A stretch of 64,000 nt of DNA from Lama glama. Lineage: Eukaryota. The position numbers and the translations under genes are program-made. The notes beneath the pieces were generated by a model. It searched no databases and was not told the DNA's origin. It saw nothing but the letters and a program-made list of their open reading frames with translations. Below are positions 25,364 through 38,014 of the stretch, one piece after another. The stretch spans positions 45,634,001-45,698,000 of the forward strand of contig CM052818.1 of NCBI GenBank assembly GCA_028534125.1, read 5' to 3'. Every line of letters starts with the position of its first letter. The first letter of the stretch is position 1.

Positions 25364-26629
25364 GGAAGGGATTTGGGGAGCAGCCCGCCGTGTCTGTCCC
25401 GTCTGAGCCCTGTCCCCATGCTTCCCAAAATAGTGACTGGAAGAATAGCAAGTGGCCTTCCTGTGGGGCTCACAGTCCCATGAGGAAAACCCTCATCACG
25501 GGGAGGACGGTCCCCAGTGGAAGGTGACAGAATAGGACATGTTGAACAGTGAGGGAGGCCAGAGGGCGCAGCTACAGCTGGGCTGGCCAGTCAGTGCTGC
25601 CCGGAAGAAAGATGGTGGCATGGTACTCATGTGGGGTGTGACGCAAACCCCCAGCAGGTGCCTTAGCTGGGCCCTAGTGCTAACCTGGGTCTTACGTCTT
25701 TGAATAATTCCGGAGGTAGAAAGTAGGAATGAGGGTTGGCCTTGATGTTAACGTGGGTGCAGCTCTTTTCTGGGAGCAAACTGGGGGAACGATGGCCTGT
25801 TGGTGGTCAGACCTCTGTTTCCCCAGCAAAGTCTCCCACCTCAATCAGGCCACTTCAGTGAGGATGGAGCTGGCCCCACCTGGACCTTTGAGGTTCTGCT
25901 AGTGAGACGTGTCAAAAGCATCCTAAATGGTGGGCTCCTGAACTGCGCCCCCAACCCCTCACCCACAGAGCCCCCACTGAGCACCCCTGTCCTTCCTTCC
26001 TGTTTGTACTTCACCTCTGAGCCTGCAGTCACAGCCATGGGGCCTCCTTGCAGAGCCTGTCTAAGACAGGGACCCTGGACCCCCCACTTCAGAGGCAGCA
26101 CGGTGTCCAGAAGAGGCCTGGCTCCAGGCCCAGCCCTGTTTCCCACTGTCTGGGATCCTAGAAATCTCTCTCCTCTCTGAGGGCATCTGTTGAAAAGGAA
26201 ACAGATTCCAGCCTGAGCCGACTGCAGGGACTTAGTTAGAAGGGCTCCCCTTTTCCCACACAAGAGCAGGGGCGGGGGGTGGGGGTGGGGGGACAGGGCT
26301 TGCCCAAGGTCAGCAGGCAGGTTAGCAAACAAGTGTGTTTGTGCTTCCCAGGAAAGGTGTGCCCACCTCTCCCTCCCCGCTAGGCAGAGTTTCCATGGTG
26401 CTTTCTATTGACCAGAGATAAAGCACCAGTTAAGTCCTGGTAAACACTCCGGCTCGGAATAAGGGGCTGGTCTTTGGCACAGACATGCTTTCTTGAATTG
26501 AGGAGCAGCCTTCCTGCTCCCAGGACAGACACCAGCTCTGCTCTGGGCAGCGACTGGCGGGGCCTGGGTCGGAGTCGGCTGGTCCATCCAGTCCACTGGG
26601 AGTGAGGCACTCTAAAGAGAAGGTTCCAG

Positions 26630-26797
26630 TCTTGGTTCTCCACCTTGGCTGTGCCTTAAAATTTCTGGGGAATTAGAAACTGATGCACAGGCCCAGACTC
26701 TCAGAGATTTCGATTTAGTTGCTTTCTAGCGGGACCCAGGCAATTGACTTAAAAGACCCCAGGTGACTCCGGAGTGAGCCAAGATCGTAACCCCCTG
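26630..26797. mobile_element. MER5-like hAT-Charlie MITE
   Basis: tggttctccaccttggctgtgcc...gggacccaggcaat...ccccaggtgactcc...gccaagat pattern. Confidence 0.65.
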
Positions 26798-27010
26798 AGC
26801 TAAGTCAGGAAGGCTCAGGACCCCAGAAGCCCATCACTGTCAGTGGGGCCAGGCATCCCAAGGCTAGTGTTTCTGATTTCCGGGCCGTCAACACTCCCAC
26901 CAAGCTACCACGTAGCTTGATTCCCTCCATTTTCAAACTGGGCTCTGACCATCGGGTCTCCTCACCCAGAGGGCACTTGTACAATGACCTCTCCTGGTCG
27001 GCACAAAGCA

Positions 27011-27455
27011 TGACAAGCTTCCAGGCTGTCAAAGCATAAAGTCACAAAGCCTACGTCTTAAAGGGAGATCCAATTAAAAGCCGAAAGGGAGATTGAAAGT
27101 AAAAGGTTTCCTGACAATAGAAGAGAGGGGACAAACCATGGGACAGCACGGGGTCATTCAGTGCCTGGGTGAAGAGTGCTCAGCTGGAAAGCAGACAGAC
27201 GGCTCAGCACAGCCAGTGACATGCCAAGTGGTGCGTGGTGTGGGGTGGGGGTGGGGGCGGCAAGTTAAGAAAGTGAATCTAAGGAAAGACTCACAGGAGA
27301 CAAAACGCTACATTCCAGAAGGTACCAGTGATGCCTCCAGACTCTTAGGTCAGCAGAGGTCACAGGAGCCAATTCCCGGCACACGAGTCCTGTGCCTTCA
27401 GCCCACTTTGCTCTCCGTAGTCAGTTAAGAGTTCTTGGTGGGTTTCCACCTGTCA
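27011..27455 (+). mobile_element. Old ERV LTR (probable 5' LTR)
   Basis: Imperfect terminal inverted repeat TGACAAG...CCTGTCA, followed 4 nt later by a tRNA-His-like PBS. The 5' boundary is inferred from the inverted repeat only. Confidence 0.6.
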
Positions 27456-27459
27456 AAAT

Positions 27460-27477
27460 TGGTGCCCGTGACTGGAT
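27460..27477 (+). other. Retroviral primer-binding site, tRNA-His-like
   Basis: TGGTGCCCGTGACTGGAT versus the complement of the tRNA-His 3' end, TGGTGCCGTGACTCGGAT (one insertion, one deletion). Confidence 0.7.
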
Positions 27478-28065
27478 TTCCATTGGGAGGGAGCAACTGA
27501 ACCTGAGAGTGAGGAGACTCTCCTGGAGGCAGGAGAGAACCAGTCAGGAGCTGCATCTGGTTGGGCAGTGTCGTCAGGAAGCTCGATCTCGGAGTCCTGC
27601 TCCAACCCTGCAGAAGAGGAGCTTTGGAGGCCAGCAGCGAAGTGAGAACAGTGTTTGCGGGGTGAGTTTTCTAAAGCTAAGTGTGTCTAGTATAAACTTC
27701 CAGCCTTTGTGCTAAGATGTATAAACATCTCCGTGCTTTTATGAAACGATGGGAGAATGGATTGTGGTTGCATATTTTTAAAAATGTCCTCCCTTATTGC
27801 CATGAGAAATTGGGTCCTCTCTGGGGGTCCTGCCTGGCTGACAGAGGGGATGTAATAGTTGGGAATTCCATAATCTGGAAACGATGGATGTGGTTCAACT
27901 CCCTCATTTACAGGCAGGGTGACTGAGGGGTGGAGGAGAGGAAGTAGCTTGTTGGAGGTGATGTATGGAGAACTCCTCGCAGTCTGGAATCAAGGGGCAA
28001 GAACACAGGGCCTCCCCCCAGGCTCCAGCTCCTCCAGATCTGAGATGCCCTTGGTGCCTAGGCAT

Positions 28066-28480
28066 TGTATCAGATCCCACAGGCTGCAGTGACAAATGAC
28101 CACACACACAGTGGCTTACAGCATACACAAATGTATTCACTTAGGGCTCTGGAAGGCAGAAATCTGGAGTGAGTGGGCAGCCTGTGTTCCTCCTGGAGTC
28201 TCTAGGACAGAAACCATTTCCTGGCCTTTTCCAGCTTCTAGTGTTTGCCCCAATCTTGGCTCACATCCTGCATCACTTTGACCTTTGCTTCCATCATTAT
28301 GTCTCTGGCTCTGACCCTCCTGCCCTCTCTCTTTTTTAAGGGTCTTTGTAATTACTTTGGACACACCTGAATAATCTTCCCCTCCTTAATTTAATCACAC
28401 CCACAAAGTCCCTTTCACCAGGTCAGGTAACGTATTCACAGGTTTTAAGGATTTTGATGTGGATATCTTTGGGGGGTGGG
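28066..28480 (-). mobile_element. MLT1 (C/D-like) solo LTR
   Basis: tgtatcag...ggctgcagtgacaaatgaccacac...gtggctta...cctggccttttccagcttctag...aaagtccctt...ggtaacgtattcacaggtttt...ggatatctttggggg. Confidence 0.85.
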
Positions 28481-28521
28481 GGTTATGGGTTGAATTAAAT
28501 CTTCCCAAAAGATTTGTTTAT

Positions 28522-30356
28522 TCTACAATAATAGTTGGAGACTTCAATATCCTACTCTCAATAATGAATAGAACAACCATATAAAAGATAAGTAAGGAAA
28601 CAGAGGACTTGAACAACAAAATAAGCCAACTAGATCTAACAGACATATATGAAGCACTGTACCTGACAACAGTAGAACACACATTCTTCTCAAGCACACA
28701 TTCTCCAGGACAGACCATATACTAGGCCACAAATTAAGTCTCGATAGATTTTGAAAAATAAATATTGAACAAAGTATCTTCTCTGACCACAAAATGATGT
28801 GAAATCAATAGCAAAAAGAAAACGGGAGAATTCACAAATTGGTTGAAATTAAATAACATGGTCTTAAACAACTAATGAATCAAACAAGGATCATAAAGGA
28901 AATTAGAAAATATTTACAGACAAGTGAAAACAAAAACACAGCATACCAAAACTTACAGAAGGCAGTGACAGCAATGCTAAGGGGGGGATTTGCAGCTATA
29001 AATGCTTACCATGAAAAAGGAGGAAGACCTCATGTCAACAACCGGACTTTACATCTTAAGGAACTAGAGAAAGAAGAGCAAACTAAATCTAAGGCTAACA
29101 AAAGGAAGAAATAATAAAGACTGGAGTGGAGATAAGCAAAATAGAGAACAGAAAAAAAAAACAGAGAAAAAGGAATGAAATCAAAAGCTGATTCTTTGAA
29201 AATACCAACAAAATTGGTAAACCATTAACCAGATTGGCTGAAAAAAAGAGTGAGAAAGAGAAGTCTCAAATTACTAAAATCAGAAATGAAAGTGAGGATA
29301 TTACTACTAATTCTACAGAAATAAAAAGGATGATAAGAGAATAATATGAACAATTGTATACAACTGAATAGCCTAGATGAAATGGACAAATTTATAGAAC
29401 ACAAAACCTACCAAGGCTGAGTAAGAAAGAAATAGAAAATATGAATAGATCTAAAACTAGTAAGGAGATTAAATCAGTAATCAAAAATTTTAAATCTGAC
29501 CCAAAAAAGCCCTGGACCTAATGGCTTCCCTGGTGAATTCTACCAAATATTTAGAGAAGACTAATATCAATCTTTCTCAAACTTTTCTGAAAGAGAGGAG
29601 AAAACACTGTGGCTAGCACTGCACTGATACCAAACCAGACAAAAACATTACAAGAAAAGACATACCTTATGAGCACTGATGTAAAAAATCCTTGACAAAA
29701 TACTAGAAAAGCAGAATTGGACAGCATATTAAAAGGATTATACACCATGACCAAGTGGGATTAATTCCCACTAGAGTGCAAGGATGGTTCGACATACAAA
29801 AATCCATCAGTGTGACATACCACATTAACAGAATGAAAGGGAAAAAACACATGACCATGTAAATCGATGTAGAAAAAGTATTTGACAAAATGCAGCACCC
29901 TTTCATGATAAAAACACTCAATAAACTAGGAATAGAAGAAAATAACCTCAACATAATAAAAGCCTTGTATGGAAAACCCACAACAAACATCTACTCAAAA
30001 GTATGGAATGCGGAAAGCTTTTCCTCTAAGATCAGGATCAGGACAAGGAACTTTCACCTTCAACAAAGTCCTGGAAGTTCTATCCAGAGAATCTAGATGA
30101 GAAAAAGAAATAAAAGGCATCCAAAATGGAAAGGAAGAAGTAAAATATCTCTGCAGATGATATGATTTTATATGTAGAAAACTAAAGATTTCACACACAC
30201 ACACAAACTATTAGAATTAATAAAAACAAACTCAGCAAAGTAGCAGGACACAAAATCAACACATAAAACATTTGTGTTTCTATACACTCACAGTGAACAA
30301 TCTCAAAAGGAAATTAAGAAAACAATTAAGAAAAAAAGAGGAAATTAAGAAAACAG
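28522..30356 (+). mobile_element. LINE-1 ORF2 remnant (endonuclease C-terminus to RT), disabled
   Basis: Motifs IVGDFN (28531-28548), SDH (28782-28790), LHLKELEKEEQTK (ORF 28875), QHPFMIKTLNKLGIE (ORF 29890) and ADDM (30153-30164). Many stops and frameshifts. Confidence 0.95.
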
Positions 30357-30359
30357 ATG

Positions 30360-30811
30360 TGTGTGCTTAACCCTGTGACAAAGGCCTTCTGGGGGACACC
30401 CATGCCCCAGGATCAGAGGCACGTCTATCCTCATGGTCTCCAGCTCATGCTCCAGGGTTCCAGCTTATTCATGTTCTCTCTACCTGACATCCAACTTCCC
30501 TCCCACCTTTTTGTCCTGGTGACTTCAAACCCAAATGTCAGTGATAAAGATAACAGCCTTACAGAGACTGCTCAACAGCTTCCACAGTTGCACAAAGTCA
30601 AATCCTTACAACAAATCTCTTCTTATACATACACACATGCACACCCAGCATGTACACACCTGTCCACATACTACACACCATCTACATACCCCTCTATATG
30701 CCTCTTACACACAAGCATACACACTGCACATCTATTACTTGCTACCTACATGCATGCATGCATACTACATGCATGTGTGGTTCTGCTTCTCCCATTGACC
30801 CTGACAGATAC
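30360..30811 (+). mobile_element. MLT2-like ERVL LTR 3' part with internal CA/TA-rich repeat
   Basis: caaatccttacaacaaatctct, then a (CA/TA) tract, then ggttctgcttctc...gaccctgacagataca, which is a typical MLT2 end. Confidence 0.75.
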
Positions 30812-30952
30812 ACCTGGGGATCTTTCAAGAATTCCAAGCCCAGGCATCACCCCAGACCAATTAAATACCAACCTTGGGGGTGGGACCCAGGCATCAGTAT
30901 CTTTGAAACCCCACAGGTAATTCTAGTGTGCAGACAAGATTGCAAACACTAG
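30812..30952. mobile_element. MER5A-like hAT MITE fragment
   Basis: cccagaccaattaaat...gggggtgggacccaggcatcagtat...caggtaattctagtgtgcag. Confidence 0.75.
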
Positions 30953-31439
30953 CTAATCTACAGAGACCTTGCAGTCCCAGAGCTTTCTGGGAGCTCAGAT
31001 TGGGCCCAGGAAGGGGGAACCCCTCCTCTCACTGAAAGTTCACAAGTTTGGGATCACTGGGCAGACTCAGAGGACAAAGTCTCTGGCCTCCCAGACCTGC
31101 TTGCCTTTGGCGTCTGTTTTCATTCTGACAATTGTTCTTTACTAATCTGCAGTCAAAATCTCCCTTCCCCCATCACCTTAGAGGCTTAGTACACACACTG
31201 AAGCAGTAGAGAGTGCCCAGGGCCCTGGGCAGCGGGCAGCCCTGTTTACCCAGAGCCTGCCCAGTCTTGGTGTTGAACATCTGGGGTTTCTCCAAAGAAC
31301 CTTGGGGTCAAAGTGAAGGGTGGTCTTGGGTGTGGCCCAGCAGTGCTCTGCCTGCTGTCACAATGGCTGGGGCTTCCAACGCAACCCCCAGGACCACAGG
31401 ATTCATCTTTATGGATCCTGCGAGAGCCTTCTGAAATAT

Positions 31440-31885
31440 ATACCTACACATGTCCCCATTAGCGCCTATGTTTCAGCCCAACAGAAATGCAAACATTTGT
31501 GTACCAAAAATGTGCACTGGAATGTTCTTAGCAGCACTATTTGTATTAGCAAGAAGTGAAATGACTCAAATGCCCATCAAAAATAGAACAGGAGAACGGA
31601 TATAAACAGCAATACTATCAATCACACAGCAGAATACAGAAAGGAGAATGAGCAACCATATGCAATGAAACAGACGAATCCCACAAACATAAGGTTGCCG
31701 GAAGAATCCAGACAGAGGAGATTCAGATGCAGAAAGAGTGCGCACTGCATGATTCCCTGTAAGTTTGAAAAACAGGCAAAACTAAGCTAATGCCTTAGAA
31801 GCCAGGATACTGTTTACTCCTGCCACTCATGATTTGTGTATTTTCCTGTTTTTTGTTTACTTCAACCGAAAGTTTAAAAAAAAAG
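31440..31885 (+). mobile_element. Old LINE-1 (L1ME-like) 3' fragment
   Basis: gaatgttcttagcagcactatttgtattagc...caaatgcccatcaa...aaaacaggcaaaactaa, ending in an A-tract. Confidence 0.75.
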
Positions 31886-32089
31886 AAGCCTATGATGAAA
31901 GAGCTTGAAGAGTGTTCCAGAGACCTGGGATTTAGAAAAGAAAGCGAGAGGCATAGGGCCAGGGCAAGACGCACACTGTTGTTTCTCCAGCAGAGGAGCC
32001 AACAAGGGCTATCGTAGGAGGGAGGTGAGACGCCAGAGGCTGTCTCCGAGAGTCACCTTGTGCTCAAGCTCGCCCTCCACAGAGCATGC

Positions 32090-32482
32090 CTATCTCATCC
32101 CAAATCCCTCCTGTCATCTCTTTCACTGGTTTCTACTTCACTTGTTGGAATACATGCTCTGGAAGCCCTCAGCTACACTATGAGCTGCTGGACTACCATG
32201 AGGCCGCCAAGTTGTAAGGAAGCCCAAACTACCCTACGGGGAGAGACCACATGGAGAGGCCTGGGACTTCAGGAAAAGAGAGAGGAGGCTGGTCAGCCCC
32301 GAAAGCCTGACTCTAGGTGTATCTGACTACAGCCACATGAGATCCTGAGTTAGGACATTTGAGCTGGACTCTTCCCAAATTCCTGACCCACAGAAACCTA
32401 CTGAGATAACAAAATGATTGGTGGTGTTTTAGGCCACTACGTTTTGCGGTGACTTCTCACACAGCGGCAGAGAATTGTAGCA
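32090..32482 (+). mobile_element. MLT1 (G/H-like) LTR
   Basis: gaggccgccaagttgtaaggaagccca...ggagagaccacatggagagg...cccaaattcctgacccacagaaac...gttttaggccactacgtttt. Confidence 0.8.
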
Positions 32483-33639
32483 CCTCATTTGAGTGACTTG
32501 TGGAATGTTGGCAGAAGGCCCAAGTCAGAGGGCTGTGGGCAAAGGAGGGCCCTGGGAGGTGGCGGGGAGCCCTTCCTGGGCTGGATCCCAGCGACGAAGC
32601 CCGGGGGGTCAGAGTTGTGCCACTGTGGGAGTTGCTGCTGTTCCATCAGGTGCTGTGGGCAAGTGAGCAGTGAGGTGGCTCAGGAGAGGGTCTGGCGAGT
32701 CCTCACTTGGCAGCAGGGACATGGCAGTAGCCAAGGGCTCAGTGATGGAGACTGAGAGGGGCACCTGCCCACAGCCCAGACTCACTCTGTAAAGGGAGGT
32801 GAACAGCCAAGGTCCAAAATCGACTTGTGAAATCGGAGGAAGCCACTGGACTCTGTAGCCCTGGAGAAGCTCAGGAGTTAATGAGATTTTAATATTTCAG
32901 AACCTTCTGGGTCAGAACTGAAATGGCATTCCAGAGGCTTGCAAAGCTCCCAGCCATACCTAACATCGTACGTGCTAGAGGCCATGGGGTCAGGCTTCGG
33001 AGCAGCCCCCAGGCCTCCAGCTGCCCTCTGATCTTCATGGGTTGGGGATGCTTAGGGGGTGACACAAGGTCTGGCAAACCTGGTTGGGTCCTAGCTGTCC
33101 TCACCTGGGGCAGAGCAGTGACTCAGGGAAAGATACCAACCGGAGCAAACAAACAGGAGCGGGTCAGTAGGGGCAAAGGGGGACAGTGGCCTCAGCCCAG
33201 GGTGTCCCAGCAAGACAGCAGGAGCTGAGCCAGGAACGGGGGGATTTGGCCTTGGAACAAAACAATAGCCATCAAGGGGGAAGGCGATGGGGAGGCAAAG
33301 GGGGCAGTAGAGGTGGATCCGGTTCCTGGGGACTGGACCAGGGCTAGACTTGTTTTCAGGAAAACAGGCCCTCCCAGCTCACGCTTCAAGAGCAGCAAAA
33401 TTGACTTTTAAAAACAATTTTAATGTAGCTTGGAGGGAGGAGAGAATAGGGCTCAATGAAATGAAGTTGGACAGGCCCCCAGGGCATCGCAGGAGGAGCC
33501 AGTGGAAGATTCCAAGCGTCCTCCTTCACTCTCGCTCCTTTGAGAGGACCATGGGCTGAACACCACCTGAGGGCCTGGGTAGGGGGAGGAGGGGCACGAG
33601 GTGAGCACCAAGCTTTGCAGCCAGGCAGGCCTGGACACG

Positions 33640-33810
33640 AATCTGGGCCCTGTCCTTTAATACTGTTAGATTTGCCCGAGTAACTTAACCTCTCTGGGTC
33701 TGATTCCGTCATTTGTTAATGTTGGGGGTGTGGGGGAAACCCCTCCCCTTAGAGTTGTGAGAACTGAATGACGGGGATGTGTGAGCGCCAGTCACAGCCC
33801 CTGGCGCGGG
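33640..33810 (+). mobile_element. MIR SINE
   Basis: gtaacttaacctctctgggtctgattccgtcatttg...gttgtgagaactgaatga core. Confidence 0.6.
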
Positions 33811-36037
33811 GAGGGACTCACTGCTTGAGGGGTGTCCACTTTGGAAATCCAAACCGAAGAGAAATTATCTTCTAATTCAGACCAAAATCTGGAGTTTAGA
33901 CATCGTTTGTCTAGTCCTTATGCCCGTCCTTCCCTCTTTGCTGAGTCAGAGCTGAGGTCTGACTCCTTATGTGACTCATGTGGCCTGTGTGCACTCCTCA
34001 CCTGGCCTGGGCTCAGAGCGCCTCCTGGAGCAGAAGCCCTGCTTTCTCCCCGCAGCTGAGAGCCTGTGATGGTGACACGCCATCTGTCTCACTGGCGGCA
34101 TCCAGCGGGATCCGAGAGCAGATGCCGGCACAGAGCTTGGCACAGGGAATGCAGAGAAAGTGTTCGTGGAAGGCAGGAAAGAGGGAGAGGAAGGGAGGAG
34201 GAAGGATCCTCACTCCCCTGTTCCCTGCCTGCTTCCTATGACTCTCCCTCAGCCTCCTCCCCACACCCCAACAGGATGCTGTCAGCCGGTCCAGAGGCCT
34301 GAAGGCTGTGCCTGGTCCCAGACGTTCTCAGAGGTCAGCACAGCCCCTCTCAGGCCCGGCTACCCCTCCTCTCTCTCGTCCTTCACCCACTCTTGACCTG
34401 TTCTCAAGGCCTTGAGAATCCCTCAGACAGGGTCTAGGGAAGGAAACGCATTGAGAAGGCATCTTGGAACATCCGACAGGCCTGGGTCTGCATCTCACTT
34501 GGCCACTTACCAGCTGGGCTCCCCAGTGTGCCTTCTCGTCTGTGAGGCGGTGACCGGCTCACCTCCTGGTGTGTGGTGCCGGGTCCATGAGCCCCTGGGA
34601 ACTAACGCCTCGGCAAATGGCCCAGCCGCGGCCATAGCTCAAACACGGTGATCCTGAGCTGGTTCCCACGGGGGGACAGTGGAAAGACCCCGGGCCTGGG
34701 ACCTCAGTCTGTCACTTAACCTCTCTGAGCCTCAGTTTGCTCACCTGTAAAGTGAGATTAATATTCCCTGCCTGTACCCACCTTGGAGGGTCCTTCAAAG
34801 ATAACTCTCAATAATTGTCCCTCCCCATTACCTGGGACATCCCAAGTTCATGACATGGTTGTAAACAGGGAACCACACTGATTCTTACCACGTCTCTAGT
34901 TGTGGCCTCTCAAATGTATAGAACTGGTTAAAATGGTCCAGCAAGTCTGGGGTGGAGCCTGCGTTGCTGCATTTCTCACAGTGCCCAGTGATGCCGGGAC
35001 AGCCCTTCAAGTAGAAGGCTGCAGAGACAGGTCATCTTAGCCCCACTTCCTGGGGGAGAGGGCCTCCATCTCCCTGGCTTGTGCCCTGGGCCCCTTGGCG
35101 TGTTTGCCTGGGGTGCAAACTAGCCCTAAATGCCGTCCTTACTGCCCACGACTCCTGGGAGCAGTCCAGGTACATGGGTGTCTGCTTAATGAACATCCAA
35201 GTATTTCCTGGGGTCACAACCTCCTGCCTCTGAAAGGATGCTGAGCTTCCGGCTCCCCAGCACTACAGCTGGGACACAGCATTTCTGAATTCAAGGGGCA
35301 GCTCGGGAAGGTGCCATCAGGGTCCTGGGACGGCAGTAGCAGGAACAAGCAGGGGGCAGTTGGTGACTACTACTTCCTCGATGGACGGAGGGCTCATCCA
35401 GCCACTCAGCAGCTGGAGAGGATCAGAGATGATGGTGTCCCTTTAACCCACAAGGGGACGAGAATGGCGATAGAGAGATGGGGCTTGAGTTCCTTCTTGG
35501 CCACTGACTAGCTGAGGACATCAGTGGGGTCCAAGCCTCCGGTTCTCAGCAGCAAGACCGGGACAATGACCCTGCCTGCTGCCTACCTGTTGCCTTGAAA
35601 AGACCCGATGAACTTAAGAGGCCCAGCACCTGATGCCGGGGGACGCTTGAGACACGGAGCTGAGCCCACTCCTTCCCTCCTGATGGATCAGGACCACCTA
35701 CCCCACAGGCCCCTGCAAAGGCTTCCATCACACTCTATTTCATTTGCCATCACCGGCTTATGAGGTCAGGCACCCAAGGGCACTTTATACTTCCGAGGGC
35801 ACAGAGTTGGCTACGAGGGAGCTGGCCAAGCCTCCTTCTCCACCAGCCCGGCCTCCCCGGGGCCTATCGGAGCAAGGCCACGTTTATTAAATGCTTCTCC
35901 ACTCAATTAGGGTTTTCTATGAAGCAGAACATTTTATTAAAAGACCTGAAGATAAATTATTACCAAGCACTAATGATTATATTTATAAGAGCGATACATA
36001 ATTCAGAACAAGGTTTAAAGAAGTTAAAATACCTAGT

Positions 36038-36270
36038 GTATTTTTAGTTGGAGCACTTTGGGTTGCTAACGACAGGAACCCAGCTCCATCGAGTTAAAGC
36101 AGTAGAGAGAATTTATCTGCTTGTGATGCTAAGAAGTCTGGGGAGGGGGAGGGGGAGGGGCTTCGGATTCAGACACCGTTGGATGGCGGCGCAAGTGAGG
36201 GGTGTCCTTAGGTCGGTCTCTGTCACCTGCTCTCCTGGCTGTTGCTTCCATTCTCTGTGAAGGCAAAGGT
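36038..36270 (-). mobile_element. Old MLT1 (K/L-like) LTR fragment
   Basis: tttgggttgctaacgacaggaacccagctc...agagaatttat...aagaagtctgggg terminus. Confidence 0.55.
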
Positions 36271-38014
36271 ACCCACCGGCACCACCAGCCCTTCCGTCAC
36301 CACCTCAACAACCCCAGGGGAGAGACAGGTCCTGGCCCCACAGGCCCTGCTGTCCCCGCCCAGGGGGTGGCTCTCGGCCTTGGGTCCCTGCCATCCTGAC
36401 GCAGGGAACGGGGGCTGTGGTAGGTCAGACTTCATTCCACGCCTACCTCTGGGACACCTCACAGTGAGGGGGCGTGGAGTCCACTCTGAGAAGAACGTAA
36501 GGACTGGGAGTGGAGGAGGGACCAGTCCCCAAATGAGGGAGGGGGTCACCATATGGTCAAGCTAGGGAGGTTCTAGCAACTCTCCCGGCTCTATTTACCC
36601 CAACCCTTGGATCTGTCTCAGGCATGAGTCAAATGCAGTGGCTTAATCATACATATTCAACCCCACTCCTGGAAGCCAAGGGAATTTGCAAAACCACTCC
36701 AGGTCGCCCTGGTCTGCGCAAACAGGGCCATCAGCCCTGCCGACCCCAGCGCTGGAGGACAGGGCAGGCCGGGCTGACGCCGCTCGGCCCCCCTCTGTTG
36801 TATCTGCTGACAGAGCTTCCACTGGAAACTAGCTTGATTGTATCTCAGAAGGAGTCACTCATTTTCACCCCTTTATAGCACATGTGCGTTGACCCACCAC
36901 TGTTTAACCCGGGCCCCAGCCCCACATCCCTGAGTGAGGATGACTCACGGCTCCCAAATTCGTCCTGAGGCAGAGGTGGAGTGAGTCACCCATGCCAACC
37001 CCAGCCTTCCCCTGAGCTCAGGGCCCTTCCCAGTCTGCGCCTCCGTCCCGTCCACCATGTCGCTAGTCCCCCTCATCATGCCTGTGCATCACACCGTTTT
37101 ATGGAGGACCAAAAGCGTGTCTTCGAGCTGCAAAATCCCTAAACCCCATTGTGGTGAGTGGGATGGGCTCTGTCCTGGAATCAGTCACACTGGGTTGGGG
37201 TGTCATTTGTATTGGTGATCCATTGGGTGACGGATTTTTTGACCCTCACTGAGCCTCCCCTGGAAAAAAAGGACAACCCTTCCCCCAGCGTGACTGTAGA
37301 GATGAAATGAGATATCAATCAGGAACGTGCAGCATAAACTGTAAAAGGCTGTGCCCCTCAAAGGGCCCATCGCCATCTTTATTGTCATTATCCTGATTAA
37401 TGGCCCGTCCTTAGAGGGAGGCCGGAGGTGACAGCCAGCCTCTGACCTGACAGGCTGAGCAGGGGTCTTGGGAGACAGGCCCCGATGCTCCCCGTTCTGG
37501 TGGCTAAATTCCTGCAGGAGAAACAGGCCCGGACCACAACCCCTGGGACCACTGGGATTTGCACAGCTGGCCGGCAGCTGCTCGGCAGTTCCAGAAAATA
37601 AATGCTTCAGGGCACCTCACAGCGAGAGCAGAGCACAGTCATTACTGGAAATGACAGACGCCGGCTGATTGAGTGCATTCTTCTCAGCCAAACCCGAGAT
37701 TACTTGCGCCATGGATGGGGGCCTCATGGGAAAGGAAACCCCCCCCACAGGGAGCCCAATTGTGTCCCCAGAGGCAGGCAGGGCCGCCATCCTCCTCGGC
37801 CTGGAGCATAGTAGGCCGCAGATGCATGATCAGGAGCAGTCAGCGCCTGCGGGATTATTAATGAATCAGCCTGTCCTCACTGTGAATATTTGTCACTAGA
37901 ACCGCGGTCCCCGCCCCCACTCCCCTGTGCCTTCGCGCGAGATGGGCTGCTGCTCAGCTGCTACGTTTCCATGGCAGGGTCTGTGCTTCCAGAGCCCCAC
38001 CTAAGCGTCACTGT

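Noticed and set aside
28522..30356. Endonuclease and reverse-transcriptase motifs as a possible active or domesticated RT gene
   Set aside because: Ordinary L1 ORF2 relic with many stops, frameshifts and deletions.
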